A model generated the notes under the pieces. It worked only from the letters and a program-made list of their open reading frames with translations. It was not told the DNA's origin and made no database searches. From assembly GCA_034780895.1 (NCBI GenBank), contig JAUZTB010000063.1, positions 15,283,956 through 15,347,955 of the forward strand: DNA of 64,000 bases, given 5' to 3'. Positions 1 to 12,007 of this stretch are shown piece after piece (position 1 is the stretch's first letter; the number at the start of each line of letters is the position of its first letter). A program made the position numbers and the translations under genes. The DNA is from Rhynchobatus australiae (lineage: Eukaryota).

Positions 1-971
1 CTGATATTTGATGCCCATGTGATGTCTTCTATTATACTTCCATAAATTTTCTGCCATTTAAATTTTAATTCAATTTTTTATATTTTTCATTTGTGATTCT
101 CTAACTAATAGGCACAGTTATTTTTAGAAAGATTTTCTTGTCTATCAAATATAGCCTTAATACAGTCATACATAATGCTGTTAATCATTCCCTTCAAAAA
201 AGGAGAGAACACATTGCATTTCAGCAGCTTTCATGGAAAATTGATTGAATATTCATATTTAGTCAGTGCATTTCACCGAGTTCAAAATATATGCAGTCTC
301 TGCAGTTAGAAGCAGCCATCTCTGGGAATAGCAAACATGTTAGCTCATTCCTTTTCTAAATTGCTTAAGTAATTACTGGAACAAGCGTATTGTCTGCTAG
401 AAACCTGACATTTACAGCACTCCCAGGAATTTTAGGCAGCACTGAGATTCTGGGGGAGGGGTTTCATCTTGCACTGCAAGCAGAATGTGGAATGTCTTTC
501 CATGACGGTTCATTTGCTCCTAATAATTTGAGAAGGAGCATGCCCATTTCTCCCTTGCTCTTTCTGTTGTTTTATTAAGGGAGATAGGTCCCCCACCATC
601 TTTTGGACCAAACAATTTATATTTGAGAAAGTTGAGTTGAAATTTCTAAACACAGTGAAGTATCAAGAGCCTCATTTTAACAGAAATCCATTTTTTTTCT
701 TGACTTCTGTCACAAATGACATGTAGACATGAGTTCCCAAGATTTTTGGTTATCTTTGATATAAGCAGCATAATGAGAAACATGATCCAAGCCCCTGTCT
801 TTCAACCATAAAAGGAGAGAACAATAAAATGCTGTTATTTAATATTATACAGGGCTTACACATTAAGAATTCAGATTATGTATGCTCTATAGGTGAAATG
901 GAATTGAAAAGTAGGTTCTCATGGAAACAGAGCAGATGGAGAAGAGGTGACAGACAGCATTTGAACAAATA

Positions 972-1026
972 ATGGCATCAACAATGCACTGGCCTAACTA
1001 GTGCCTAGTGCCATTGTTGATGCCAT
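972..1026. repeat. 55-nt inverted repeat (hairpin)
   Basis: ATGGCATCAACAATG (972-986) is the exact reverse complement of CATTGTTGATGCCAT (1012-1026). Inner CACT-GGC/GCCTAGTG extends the stem with bulges. Confidence 0.9.
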
Positions 1027-1039
1027 AGGGAAACCCTAT

Positions 1040-1150
1040 GTGCAAAATAGCTGCCACAGTTTCCACATTAGAACACTGACTACACTTCAGGAAACTTTGT
1101 TATGTTCTGTGCTCATGAACGGCATTATGTAAATACAAGTTACTTTCTTC
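1040..1150 (+). mobile_element. DeuSINE/SacSINE1-like 3' tail remnant
   Basis: gtgcaaaatagctgcc...tttccacatta...gactacacttca...aaatacaagttactttctt is the reverse complement of the tail seen at 38745-38880. Confidence 0.55.
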
Positions 1151-4100
1151 TGTCACCATCCATTCAACCTGACTTGCTTGCTGGCACACCATTTTTACTG
1201 CAGCTGGCTCCAGATTCAGGTGCTGGCGATACCCTGGCACTTGATCCAGTTGCCATCTGTTTTGCAAGGCAAAGACTGAATGCCTTCAAGGACTGTTGGC
1301 GCTAATCCCCTGCTCCATACAGTTAGTCCTATGACCAAAAAAATGGTTTTCTTAAGGCAAGCAATTAGTGATGTCTTCAGGTTGCTCTGTAGCAGCTGTT
1401 GAGTTTTGCATCAGTGCCTGATGCACAGATTGCCACTGCTCTGTCAAATCTCCTCTACAGCTCTGAAGTGGTTCCACATTGCAGCAAAAGAAANNNNNNN
1501 NNNNNCATGGGTCTCTGCACACAGCTCTCCGAATCTACATCAAATGGAAGGGCAGCTGTCGGTCATATGGGTTCACAAGTAGAATGTGGCCAGATGGAGT
1601 TCTTTCTAAGCTTACTCAATTCTATTTTATTCGTTAATTTGAGGGTGGGCACCATACTGTTGAAGTACCAGCCCATGTTTCTTTTGTGATAAACTGAATG
1701 CATCTTTAGATTTATTTTGCTTCTGGCATTTAAATGAGATTTGGGAATCAATTGCATTCTCCCTCAGCCATGAATTGTCGTTAACCCCCTCCCCTTCCTG
1801 GTTTCTACTTGTATCACTATCCTTCATCAATTTGTATCTCACCTGCTGAGAAGCTGAGAGAATCAGAGCCAGCAATGGGGAAGGAATTAGATTATAATTA
1901 GCAGTAATGCTGAATAACGTTTCCTTCACACTGACAGTCCAGGAGTGACTTTCTTTTAAACTGTATCTTTCTTTCTAAGTACTGTTTTGCATAAATGCAT
2001 GCTAAGTTCACATCTTGTTCATACGTTGTCTAAAGAGCTGTTAGATTTTGGACATAACCCATTTTCAGGAGACCCAATTTTGGGGCATGAAAGTAAAGGA
2101 GGGTGAGTGTTATAAATTCTGCCCATTGATGTATCAAATGCTTTAGGTTATGCATAGGACTTGATTTTCTGTTGGTTTCCACTGATAAAACTCCTTTCTC
2201 ACAATCACACAGAATTTATATTTGCTTTCGGAATGCTGCATGTGACTCTCAAAACTTGTGTTTAGATTACGGACCCATTTGAGCTGGTCAGTAGTGTGAC
2301 AGCAGTGGGGAAACCAAATTGTAGAAGTGTGGTGAGAATAGGGTACAGTAAGAATGGAGTATCTAATTATGTGAAAGAAAAGCAAAGATTCTGCTGAAGG
2401 AATAATTAAGGGAAAATCTGATCTAAATAGTAAATACCATAGAGTTTTTATTTCTGTTGTTAACTGGCAAAACTGCTTGACAGTTTTCAGAGCATCAAAA
2501 ATAAAATGAAAAGAAACCCAATCTCAGATTCTAGGGCTGTACAGGTGTCATTAACGTCAGCAGTAACTAAAATGCAAAGAAAGCACAAAGAGGAGGGCAA
2601 CATTTTGCTCAGGCAATCGTGCAGTCAGAAACCACGTTGAATCACCAGATNNNNNNNNNNNNNNNNNNNNNNNNNNNNNNNNNNNNNNNNNNNNNNNNNN
2701 NNNNNNNNNNNNNNNNNNNNNNNNNNNNNNNNNNNNNNNNNNNNNNNNNNTGAATCACCAGATGGATCCCTTGGTAAACTGTTTTGCAGGAGAGTCCCTG
2801 CGGCAACAACTCTGCCACATGCTCACCAGCTCTATAGCAAGTACTTCCAAGAGGTTTTTGAAAATGATTTGTAATGCCCTTCTAGTATGGTGATTAAATT
2901 TTTTAAAAAACGTTATTCTTGATGAAAACTCTGAGATACCTGATGATCCAACCTTTAGTAACCCTTTTTTTCACATATGATAACGGGAAAAAAATGGAAG
3001 GAATACTTTAAGGACCAGCATAGAAGTTATGCAAATGTGCAATTTCCTCTCTATAGCAACATTGCTTTGGGAAAACCATTGAAAAATTATTGTGCTGATG
3101 TGACTGCAAAAGCTGTATGTTGAAGTTCAGGTTTGAAAAGTTACCCTGATTTTAGAGCAATGTACCTGAAGGACCCCTCCCTCTTGTTAGACATGGTGAT
3201 AAAGACTAGCCTTAACTGCTTCTGATAATGAGATAGTGGAATTTATCATTAATGCTGGAGCATTATTCAAACGGTTATCATTAAATTTTTATTTTAAATA
3301 AGCATTTTTTAAAGACAAGCATTAAATTAAACATATTTTAATAATCCAGTATGAATTTGAATGTACATGTGTACAATTTTGTTGAACTTATAAAAATCAT
3401 AAGTTGATGCATCTTACTGACTTAGATGACAGAATTTTAATGGAAACTAACAGAAAACAAAAATAATCTCTGAACTGAATTTTAAAAAAGCCAAAAATGA
3501 GAGTTCTGTTCCCAGACCTCCAATGAATAGATTAGTAGGTGGTATTCAAAGGCAATATCTTTGATGCTCTAAAGGCTGCAGGAGAGCTCACTGTACAGTT
3601 GCTGAACTCAGTAAGAGAGCAACCGAACCTCAATCTTCCTTTCAATTTCCCAAAATTTGCAGTTTTGCAGAAATTGTCTTTGAAGCACAAACGTCATCTT
3701 TAATACAAAATTTAATCCAAAGGCAATCTCACTTGAAATAGCTTTCTGAAACTTCTTTGTTCATTCTCCAGTTGGGATACTTCTGATTTACTCAATGGGT
3801 CTGATTAAAGTGAAAATCTATTGGGCATGCTCCTTTTAATGCTAACATAGAATGGAAGGTCCAAACAGTACCTCAATAATTGATCTAAATTGGCCTTTTG
3901 GCCTTACAGCAATGGAGGAATGCAACCTGGTGTCCTCTTCCTGATTACTATTCTGAGCCCTCTGCTATAAGAATCTGCAGAATAAGTCATGGTGGTGTTA
4001 CTCTACACATTTATATAGCTGATTCATACAGTAACAACATCTGACCTTCGGGAAAAGATGATGGGAGGAGGGACAGAATGTTTAGAACATCTGGAAGCAT

Positions 4101-5189
4101 GTGTCACTTGATCTTAAAAGCACTACCCTAGAACAAGTTTTATTAAATAATATTTCTGTTTTGTTGTATTTTAAAAATTAATATAATATTTAAATTTAAA
4201 TGCTATTCTTAAAACTGTTAAAACATTGTCCTGAATGGGCTTATATCCAACAGCCTTAATAAACTTTTACATCCATATCCAACATCAGACCAGATCTTGT
4301 TTAAACATCACCTCAGGCTTACTGACTTGTATTGGCTCCATCCAAGAAGAGATCAACTTGTAGAGAAAAAAATATTTCCCATCCATGCAGGTGNNNNNNN
4401 NNNNNNNNNNNNNNNNNNNNNNNNNNNNNNNNNNNNNNNNNNNNNNNNNNNNNNNNNNNNNNNNNNNNNNNNNNNNNNNNNNNNNNNNNNNNNNNNNNNN
4501 NNNNNNNNNNNNNNNNNNNNNNNNNNNNNNNNNNNNNNNNNNNNNNNNNNNNNNNNNNNNNNNNNNNNNNNNNNNNNNNNNNNNNNNNNNNNNNNNNNNN
4601 NNNNNNNNNNNNNNNNNNNNNNNNNNNNNNNNNNNNNNNNNNNNNNNNNNNNNNNNNNNNNNNNNNNNNNNNNNNNNNNNNNNNNNNNNNNNNNNNNNNN
4701 NNNNNNNNNNNNNNNNNNNNNNNNNNNNNNNNNNNNNNNNNNNNNNNNNNNNNNNNNNNNNNNNNNNNNNNNNNNNNNNNNNNNNNNNNNNNNNNNNNNN
4801 NNNNNNNNNNNNNNNNNNNNNNNNNNNNNNNNNNNNNNNNNNNNNNNNNNNNNNNNNNNNNNNNNNNNNNNNNNNNNNNNNNNNNNNNNNNNNNNNNNNN
4901 NNNNNNNNNNNNNNNNNNNNNNNNNNNNNNNNNNNNNNNNNNTTTTGCTGCCCAAGCTCCAAACTGTGGAATTTCCTCCCCACAACTCTTGTCCCTACAA
5001 CTCTCTTCAAGATGCTGAGTAAAACCAACCGTTTCACCCAAGTTCTCGCTCACAGTCCTAATATGCATCCCAGTGTTAAATTTTATCTAATAAAGCTCCT
5101 GTGAACACTAAATTGAAGGTGCTACATAAACAAGCTGTGGTTGTATTCACTTCAGGGTGAGATGTGCTAATTGTTGTTCTTTCCTGTAG

Positions 5190-5303
5190 AGAGAGAACGT
5201 GGCATCTTCTCGTCTAGGTGTTTTGCCGCCTGCCTTCAGCACAAGGATCCTGCCGCCTCAGGCCACAGAATACTCTTTTGCATATATCCAGGTGCCACAA
5301 GAT
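5190..5303 (+). CDS. SND1: SND1 coding exon (4th from last; about exon 21 in human numbering), end of Tudor domain into SN5
   Basis: ttcctgtag|AGA...GAT|gtaagt, 114 nt, phase 0/0. Translates [38 protein letters not shown], matching recalled human SND1 [38 protein letters not shown]. Confidence 0.97.
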
Positions 5304-5654
5304 GTAAGTAAAACTGCAGCAAAATGATTTCTTTCAACATGTACAAGTTTTTTTTTGATATTTCGTGACCTGTGGGTTTTGTGATTGCAATAAACTCAAT
5401 ATAGAAGTGCAGACAAAACCACAGCCTGACGTTACATAAGTGTTGCCAGTGGGTCTGTTTAATTTATTGATGTTGGTACTGTTATCCTGTAAAGAAAATA
5501 GACATAAATAATCTTCAGTGTTGTGAACTAAGCTGCTTAGGTGATGTTCTTAACTTTTATTTCCTATGGCTCTCGACACCCGTGATTAGTATTAGTACCC
5601 ATTATCTTCAAAATAGACGAAGAAAAGCTTTAAAAATTGTTTTTGGAGTTGAAA

Positions 5655-5800
5655 TTAAAACATAAAATGCTGGAAACATTGAGACGATCAGGCACCATCT
5701 GTGGAAAGAGAAACAGTTAATGTTACAGGTTGAAAACCCTTGTTGAGTGTTTCCAACATTTTCTGTTCCTATTTCAGACTTCCAGCAGCTACAGTTTTTT
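5655..5800. mobile_element. Palindromic non-autonomous repeat (probably Penelope-derived)
   Basis: Left arm aaaatgctggaaaca...catctgtggaaagagaaacagttaa; right arm tgtttccaacattttctg. The same arms recur eight times in the window. Confidence 0.65.
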
Positions 5801-5974
5801 TGATTTTCATTATGAGTTTATGAGTTTTTGCTCAAATGATGAGATATTTAGTTACACCTAATGCTAGAGGTTCCAATGAATGCTAAGTTTCCCAGTACAA
5901 TGAAAAATCTGTATTTTCCTATATCCTGTCCAATATTCTTCACTCAACCAGAAACACATTACTTAAATCGCTTA

Positions 5975-6860
5975 TAGAATCAGAGAAAATTTAAGACATA
6001 GAAGGAGGCCATTTGGCCCACTGTATCAGTACTAGTCAACAAAGAAGCTACCCACTTGAAACGCAGCTTCGTGTGTAAGGTCTGTAAAACCGGAGGTCAC
6101 AACTCCTCAAGTACACATCCAAGTTCTGTTTAAATGTGATGAGTGTTTCAGCCTCTACCATCCTTTTGGGCCCTTACCTCCCTCCCTCTGGATGAAATAG
6201 GTTTTTCCTCGCCTCCCCTCTAATCCTCCTATAAATTATTTCAAGTCTATGTTTTAGGTAGAGGGTTTTTGACCCTCTGCTATGGGGCTAGATCCTTTCT
6301 GTTGATTCTGTCTAAACCCCATGACTTTATACACCTCAACTAAGTTACACTTCAGCCTCCACTATTTGAAAACAGCCCTAACTTATTCAATCTTTCCTCA
6401 AAGCTACAATTTTCCAGTCTTGGAGACATTTTTATCAATCTTCTCTGCACCCTCTCCATTCCAGTTGCATTTTTCCTGCAATATGGTGACTAGAACTATA
6501 TTCAGTATTCAAATGATGGTCTAACTAGTGTTTTAACTAGGCTTTCACAGTACCCTCCCTGTTATATTCAATGACTTGGATGAAACAAAACATACTGTTT
6601 ACCCTTTTAATAATATTATTGACCGGTCTTGCAACCTTTAAGGGTCTGTGAACTTCAGGGGTCAAATTTTACAATCATATCGTCCTTTTTTCATGTAATT
6701 CCCTTGCCCTGTTGGATTTCTTTGAATTCATTACCTCCCACTCTGCTGGATTAAATTCTATTTCCCATTTTTCTGCCCAAATGACCAGACCATCCCTATC
6801 TTCCTGCAGTCTAAAGATTTCCTCCCCAGTGACAACAATCTTGAAAATTTTCCTGTCAGT
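5975..6860 (-). mobile_element. Decayed CR1 LINE 3' fragment
   Basis: Begins with the reverse-complement tail atagaatc...gaaggaggccatttggccca and continues through decayed ORF2 C-terminal sequence similar to the other CR1 copies. Confidence 0.75.
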
Positions 6861-7159
6861 TTTTTGTTGATGTGTTCAAAATGATTGAGACCTTTGTCTT
6901 TATAATAGCCATTTCTCCCATAGTCTTCCAGCATTCATTTCTATTATTGTGCCCCTAATCTGTGATTAATTCTAGAAAGCAAGGTAGAGGAAACTTTAAT
7001 TTTCTGCTTGATTCTGATGGGGCTACAGAGTTTCCTGCACTAATATCTCTTGTCCTCAACCAATGAGGAATCACTGGAAGTGGGCAATTGATTTGAACTA
7101 GATATTGGTTATACCAAACATTATTACTGTTGATTTTTTTTTGTGAAGAAGTACTTGCT

Positions 7160-7265
7160 CTTTTTTTCATTCATTTATAGAATGTGTCCACCGCTGACTA
7201 GGTCAGCAATCATTGCCCATCCTCAATTATCTTTGAGAAGGGAAGCCAGGTTCTTTCAAATGCTG
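7160..7265 (-). mobile_element. 3' tail of a CR1/L2-group LINE
   Basis: ttcattcat...cattgcccatcctcaattatctttgagaag is the reverse complement of the tail at 47330-47405. Confidence 0.55.
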
Positions 7266-8384
7266 CATTCCTGTAGAGTAAATAGCAGCGAATGAAGCAT
7301 TTCACATTTTAGATCTGCCTAAAATGTTAAACTGCTTTACTTTCCCTTATCAATGCCAACTGACCTTTATTTTCAGTATTTTCTGTTGTTGGTAATTAGA
7401 TACTGCCACACATGAGGTTATTAAAATCTCTAGATTGTAAAAGGAAAATAAATTCCGCTCTGAATAGGGCCCAGAAAAGAGAGGATTATATGGATTAGTG
7501 TGAATGGTCATGATTTTAACACTGTGATGATGAGGGAAGAGTTTTTTGGATGCCATATTTGGAAGTCAATATTTTGAAATTGTGTTGTAAATTATCAAGC
7601 TTCTAGCCACTGGGGACTATCATTGCATCTTCAAAGCGACACTTATCAACTGTCCTACAGCATGCTCACTGTACTAAAGAGCATTCGGTTCCCTAGCAAC
7701 CTTCAGTTGATTCCATTAGTCTCTCTTTTATAATTTGCAAGTATAATGAATGTGTACCTCCTGAGGGAATTACTAATTTATATATTTAATTGAAGTCATA
7801 ACAGTAAATAGTTAATTAAACTAGGTTCATTTGGTTTAAGGCATTTCTTTTCTCCCCTGCCTTTCCTGTTGGGAAAGATTGGATTGCAGAAATTGCATTA
7901 GGAGCCACATCTTACAATTTGTAGAAATGCTTATTACTTATTGAATTCGGAGTTTCTTTACTCAACTTCTTCCCACACGTACCTGGCACCTTGTAGTGTT
8001 GACAGGTAAAGGCATTCTCACTGAGTAGGTGGGTGTGATTAGCAGCTAAAAATATTTCTGAATATCTCAGTTTCGATTTTAGACATTTCTTTACTTTTCC
8101 ACCATCCTTTCTAAGCACAGACCTGCCGATGCTTCACAGTTGGGTGCCAGCCAGCCCTCTGATCCAATTCGCCATTTTAATGCTGGAATTTAGATAATGA
8201 ATACATGCAGGCTGTTGGATCATGGGATGCACCTCAGCTAAATGCTATCCTGAGCTCTTGTAATGTCCACATCCATTCACTGCTGTCGTGGCTTGCTCTT
8301 TTAGTGATTAAGAAAGGAGAAACTAAATGACCATTTCCTCTACAGATCACAATGTTTTGGTCACTCTGGTGGTATTCATATGTC

Positions 8385-8470
8385 AGAGAGTCATTCAGCA
8401 CAGAAACAGGCCCTTCGGCCCAACTTGTCCATACCACCCAGGATGTCCATCTGAGGTAGTCCCAGTTGCC
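8385..8470 (-). mobile_element. CR1/HE1-type 3' end running into an assembly gap
   Basis: agagtcattcagcacagaaacaggcccttcggccca is the reverse complement of the shared tail tgggccgaagggcctgtt. Confidence 0.75.
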
Positions 8471-9174
8471 NNNNNNNNNNNNNNNNNNNNNNNNNNNNNN
8501 NNNNNNNNNNNNNNNNNNNNNNNNNNNNNNNNNNNNNNNNNNNNNNNNNNNNNNNNNNNNNNNNNNNNNNNNNNNNNNNNNNNNNNNNNNNNNNNNNNNN
8601 NNNNNNNNNNNNNNNNNNNNNNNNNNNNNNNNNNNNNNNNNNNNNNNNNNNNNNNNNNNNNNNNNNNNNNNNNNNNNNNNNNNNNNNNNNNNNNNNNNNN
8701 NNNNNNNNNNNNNNNNNNNNNNNNNNNNNNNNNNNNNNNNNNNNNNNNNNNNNNNNNNNNNNNNNNNNNNNNNNNNNNNNNNNNNNNNNNNNNNNNNNNN
8801 NNNNNNNNNNNNNNNNNNNNNNNNNNNNNNNNNNNNNNNNNNNNNNNNNNNNNNNNNNNNNNNNNNNNNNNNNNNNNNNNNNNNNNNNNNNNNNNNNNNN
8901 NNNNNNNNNNNNNNNNNNNNNNNNNNNNNNNNNNNNNNNNNNNNNNNNNNNNNNNNNNNNNNNNNNNNNNNNNNNNNNNNNNNNNNNNNNNNNNNNNNNN
9001 NNNNNNNNNNNNNNNNNNNNNNNNNNNNNNNNNNNCACTTTCAGGGCTAAGATCAGAGTACAAAGCACAGACGCAGAATTAACTGAAACCTTTTGATCTC
9101 TGGCCAAGCCACATATATATGGGGCTGCTACCTCTAGCAGTAAGATGGCTGAATTTAGAAAATGAATATATTTC

Positions 9175-9326
9175 TGAATGGTCCATGAACACCACTTTTT
9201 CTCTATTTTGCACTATTCATTTATTTTGTAACTTATAGTAATATGTCTTTGCACTGTACTGCAACCACAAAAACAACAAATTTCAAGACATATAAGTCAG
9301 TGATAATAAACCTGGTTCTGATTCTG
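9175..9326 (+). mobile_element. Rex1/Babar-like LINE 3' end
   Basis: tgaatggtccatgaac...ttgcactgtactgc...aacaaatttca...gataataaacctggttctgattctga. The AATAAA plus short tandem tail resembles the other Rex ends in the window. Confidence 0.55.
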
Positions 9327-9327
9327 A

Positions 9328-9690
9328 AAAATGCAGGTGCTTGAAATCCAAGGTAAAAACAGAAAATGCTGGAAACATTCAGTAGGTCAGGCAGCATCTA
9401 TGGAAAGAGGAATAGTTAATGTTTCAGGTTCAGGATCCTTTGTCAGAACTGGAAAAGAGAGGAAAACAAGTTAGTTTTCAGAAGGGGAGGGATGGGTAGA
9501 ACAGAGGGAATATCTCTGGTAAGTTGAGTCCATGTGGGTTAACAGGGCAGTTACCAACATATTTGTTTGTGTAAGGTGTTGTAAATGCAAGGCTGTGGGA
9601 TAAGCCCAGCAGACCAGACTATACGAATATGTTGCCTTCCTGCAGAGTGTTTCCAGCATGTTTTGTTTTTGTTTATGCTGAATTTTGAGA
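9328..9690. mobile_element. Palindromic Penelope-derived repeat with long spacer
   Basis: aaaaacagaaaatgctggaaacattcagtaggtcaggcagcat pairs with atgttgccttcctgcagagtgtttccagcatgttttgttttt. Confidence 0.65.
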
Positions 9691-9831
9691 TTTACTTCGG
9701 GACAAAATATTAAGAAGAATATTTTCAGGCCACCACTTTCAGGGCTAAGATCAGAGTACAAAGCACAGACGCAGAATTAACTGAAACCTTTTGATCTCTG
9801 GCCAAGCCACTTACTTAGATCCTCACTAATA

Positions 9832-10792
9832 TTAAGAGTGGACAGCCAGCGCTTCTTTCCCAGGGCACCGATACTCAATACAAGAGGGCATGGCTTTAAA
9901 GTAATGGGTGGGATATTCAAGGGAGATATCAGAGGGAGGTTTTTTACCCAGAGAGTGGTTGGCGCATGGAATACACTGCCTGGAGCAGTGGTGGAGGTAG
10001 GTACATTGGTCAAATTCAAGATATTACTAGATAAGCATATGGAGGAGTTTAAAATAGAGAGATATGTGGGAGTGTTATGTACCAGCAACAAAAGAAACAC
10101 ACCGAGTCATGTATACGTGTTAGAAAATATTTTATTAATAACTACTTATAATAATGAGAAAAGTAAAAATGTTAGATATTAAACATTAACCCCAAAACTA
10201 TACTCGAAGTGTGTGTGGCAAATTCCCAAACTCCCAAGTCCAGGAATAAGTCTCAAAGTTCAGTTCAGCAAGTCATAAGGTGAAATGTGAACAAAGGCTT
10301 TTGCTAAACCACCATTGACTGAAGAGAAAATGTAGAGAGAATATAGAGAGAACTTACGAAATCCAAATGTTCCTCAGTGGAACCCATATGACACCTCAAT
10401 CACTGATGATCCTCACTAATTTGTTCCGAAGTATCTGCCACCCCAAAAGGCATTCGAGATGTGGCCATCCACACAAATACCTGTTTCCCTCTACAGGTTA
10501 ACGACAAAGTGGACTCCACTTGTTGCTCCAAAAATCCATACATGGATTGTAGTGATAGACACAGTTATTGTTCTTCATCTGCACAAAAATGTCAGCATGT
10601 TGTGATCTTCTTGTAGTGACAACACTACATACACACTACTACTCTACTGTACTATATTTTAAAGGGACATTCACCAAATATCAACCTGATCCGTAACAGG
10701 AGGAAGGGATTAGATAGCCTTAGGTGTGGTTTAAAGGTCAGCACAACATTGTGGGCCGAAGGGCCTGTATTGTGCTGTACTGTTCTATGTTC
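9832..10792 (+). mobile_element. CR1 LINE 3' end interrupted by a solo LTR
   Basis: Encodes FFPRAPILNTRGHGFKVMGGIFKGDIRGRFFTQRVVGAWNTLP (CR1 ORF2 C-terminus). The tail gtgggccgaagggcctgtattgtgctgtactgttctatgttc resumes after 10702. Confidence 0.9.
10073..10698 (-). mobile_element. Solo LTR (Gypsy-like), 626 bp
   Basis: Ends TGTTATG...CGTAACA (TG..CA with a short inverted repeat), with a 4-bp target-site duplication GGAG at 10069-10072 and 10699-10702. TTTATT near 10131 suggests minus orientation. Confidence 0.85.
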
Positions 10793-11114
10793 ATTGAAAG
10801 TGAAGCATTTTATTTCAGTGATGTAATACCATTTGCCATTTCCAAATGTTTTAGAATCAGTGAAATACTTTTAAAGTGTGAACACAATTTAATGGTTTCT
10901 TGCAAATCAATTTGCTTTTTCCCCTCACTCTCTGAGGAGAGCTATCAATGGGGCCATCAGATGTTCTCCAGCCCTTTCTTCCTGAAACATCAAATTTCTT
11001 TGCCTCTGCCTTCTCAGTAATGAATCATGACCCCCCCCCCCCCCACCCATCCTCCTCACTCCAACCCTCAAGACGCTTCACCAGGATGAATACTATTGGG
11101 TTTTGGAACTGAAA

Positions 11115-11580
11115 AGCAAAATACTACAGATTCTGGGGATCTAAACTAAATGCCAAAAATGCTGGAAATACTCAGCAGATTCGGCCCCATCTGTGGAGAA
11201 AGAAATGGAGCAAGTGTTTCAGATCTTTCATGAATACTGGGTAAAGTTACAAATTAAACAAATTTTAAACTGCAGAAATAGTGGGAAAGGCATAGTGCAG
11301 AAATAAAAGGGAAGGAATCTGTATGGAACTGGTAATGTGAAATTAAAGAAAGGAAACAGAAAATGCTGCAAATACTCTGCAAGTCAGATAATGCCATGGA
11401 GTGAGAAATAAAGTAAATGTTCCTGGTTGAAGGCCTTTCATCACAAAGATAAAAAGGTCATCAAATTGAAAGTTTAGCACCATTTCTCTTTCCATTGATG
11501 TCTGAACTGCTGAGGTTTAGGATTTTCAGAATTTTCTGGTTTTATTTCAAATTCTCAGCATCTGCAGTTCCATGCTTTTG
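11115..11580. mobile_element. Two nested or adjacent palindromic Penelope-derived repeats
   Basis: Two left arms (aaaatgctggaaatactcagcag at about 11157, aaaatgctgcaaatactctgcaag at about 11360) and one right arm (about 11480-11575). Confidence 0.6.
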
Positions 11581-12007
11581 GAAAACAGGACATCAGTCAG
11601 ACTTGTTATTTAAATGTGATTTTCCAACTCTAAAGCTATTCGGTTGTATGTAGTTCATCTGGGTATTGTGGCATACTGATCCTGCCACTGTTTGCCCTTT
11701 TTCAACACTGTCCAAATAATGTGTCTCAGTGGCAATCACTGGAGAGCATGGCTTACTATGGCAACATTAACAAGTTGATGAGATCTTGATTTAATATCGC
11801 ATCCTCATGCAGTCAAAAGTGCAGGACCCCTTCAATGCTTCATTGAAATATGTTCAAGTTGCAAAGTGGGACCTGTACCCACAGTTGTAGGAATGATAAC
11901 AACTCAGGTAAACTGACATTTCAGACCATGAATTAGAATCTTCACATACTTCCCTTGGAGAACAGTGTGAAGTAGCAGAAAGGTTTGCAAGCTGATAACT
12001 GGAAAAA

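Noticed and set aside
2638-2763. TGAATCACCAGAT on both sides of a 100-N gap
   Set aside because: Most simply a contig-overlap artefact at a default-size gap. A TSD of an unassembled insertion cannot be shown.
4285-5104. Long ORFs of 200-250 aa in the track (also 8327-9107, 28165-28736, 58466-59147)
   Set aside because: They are open only because they run through N gaps.
1-5189. Preceding SND1 Tudor exon (WYRARVEK...YIDYGN)
   Set aside because: Not found in readable sequence. It lies upstream of the window or possibly in a gap such as 4394-4942.
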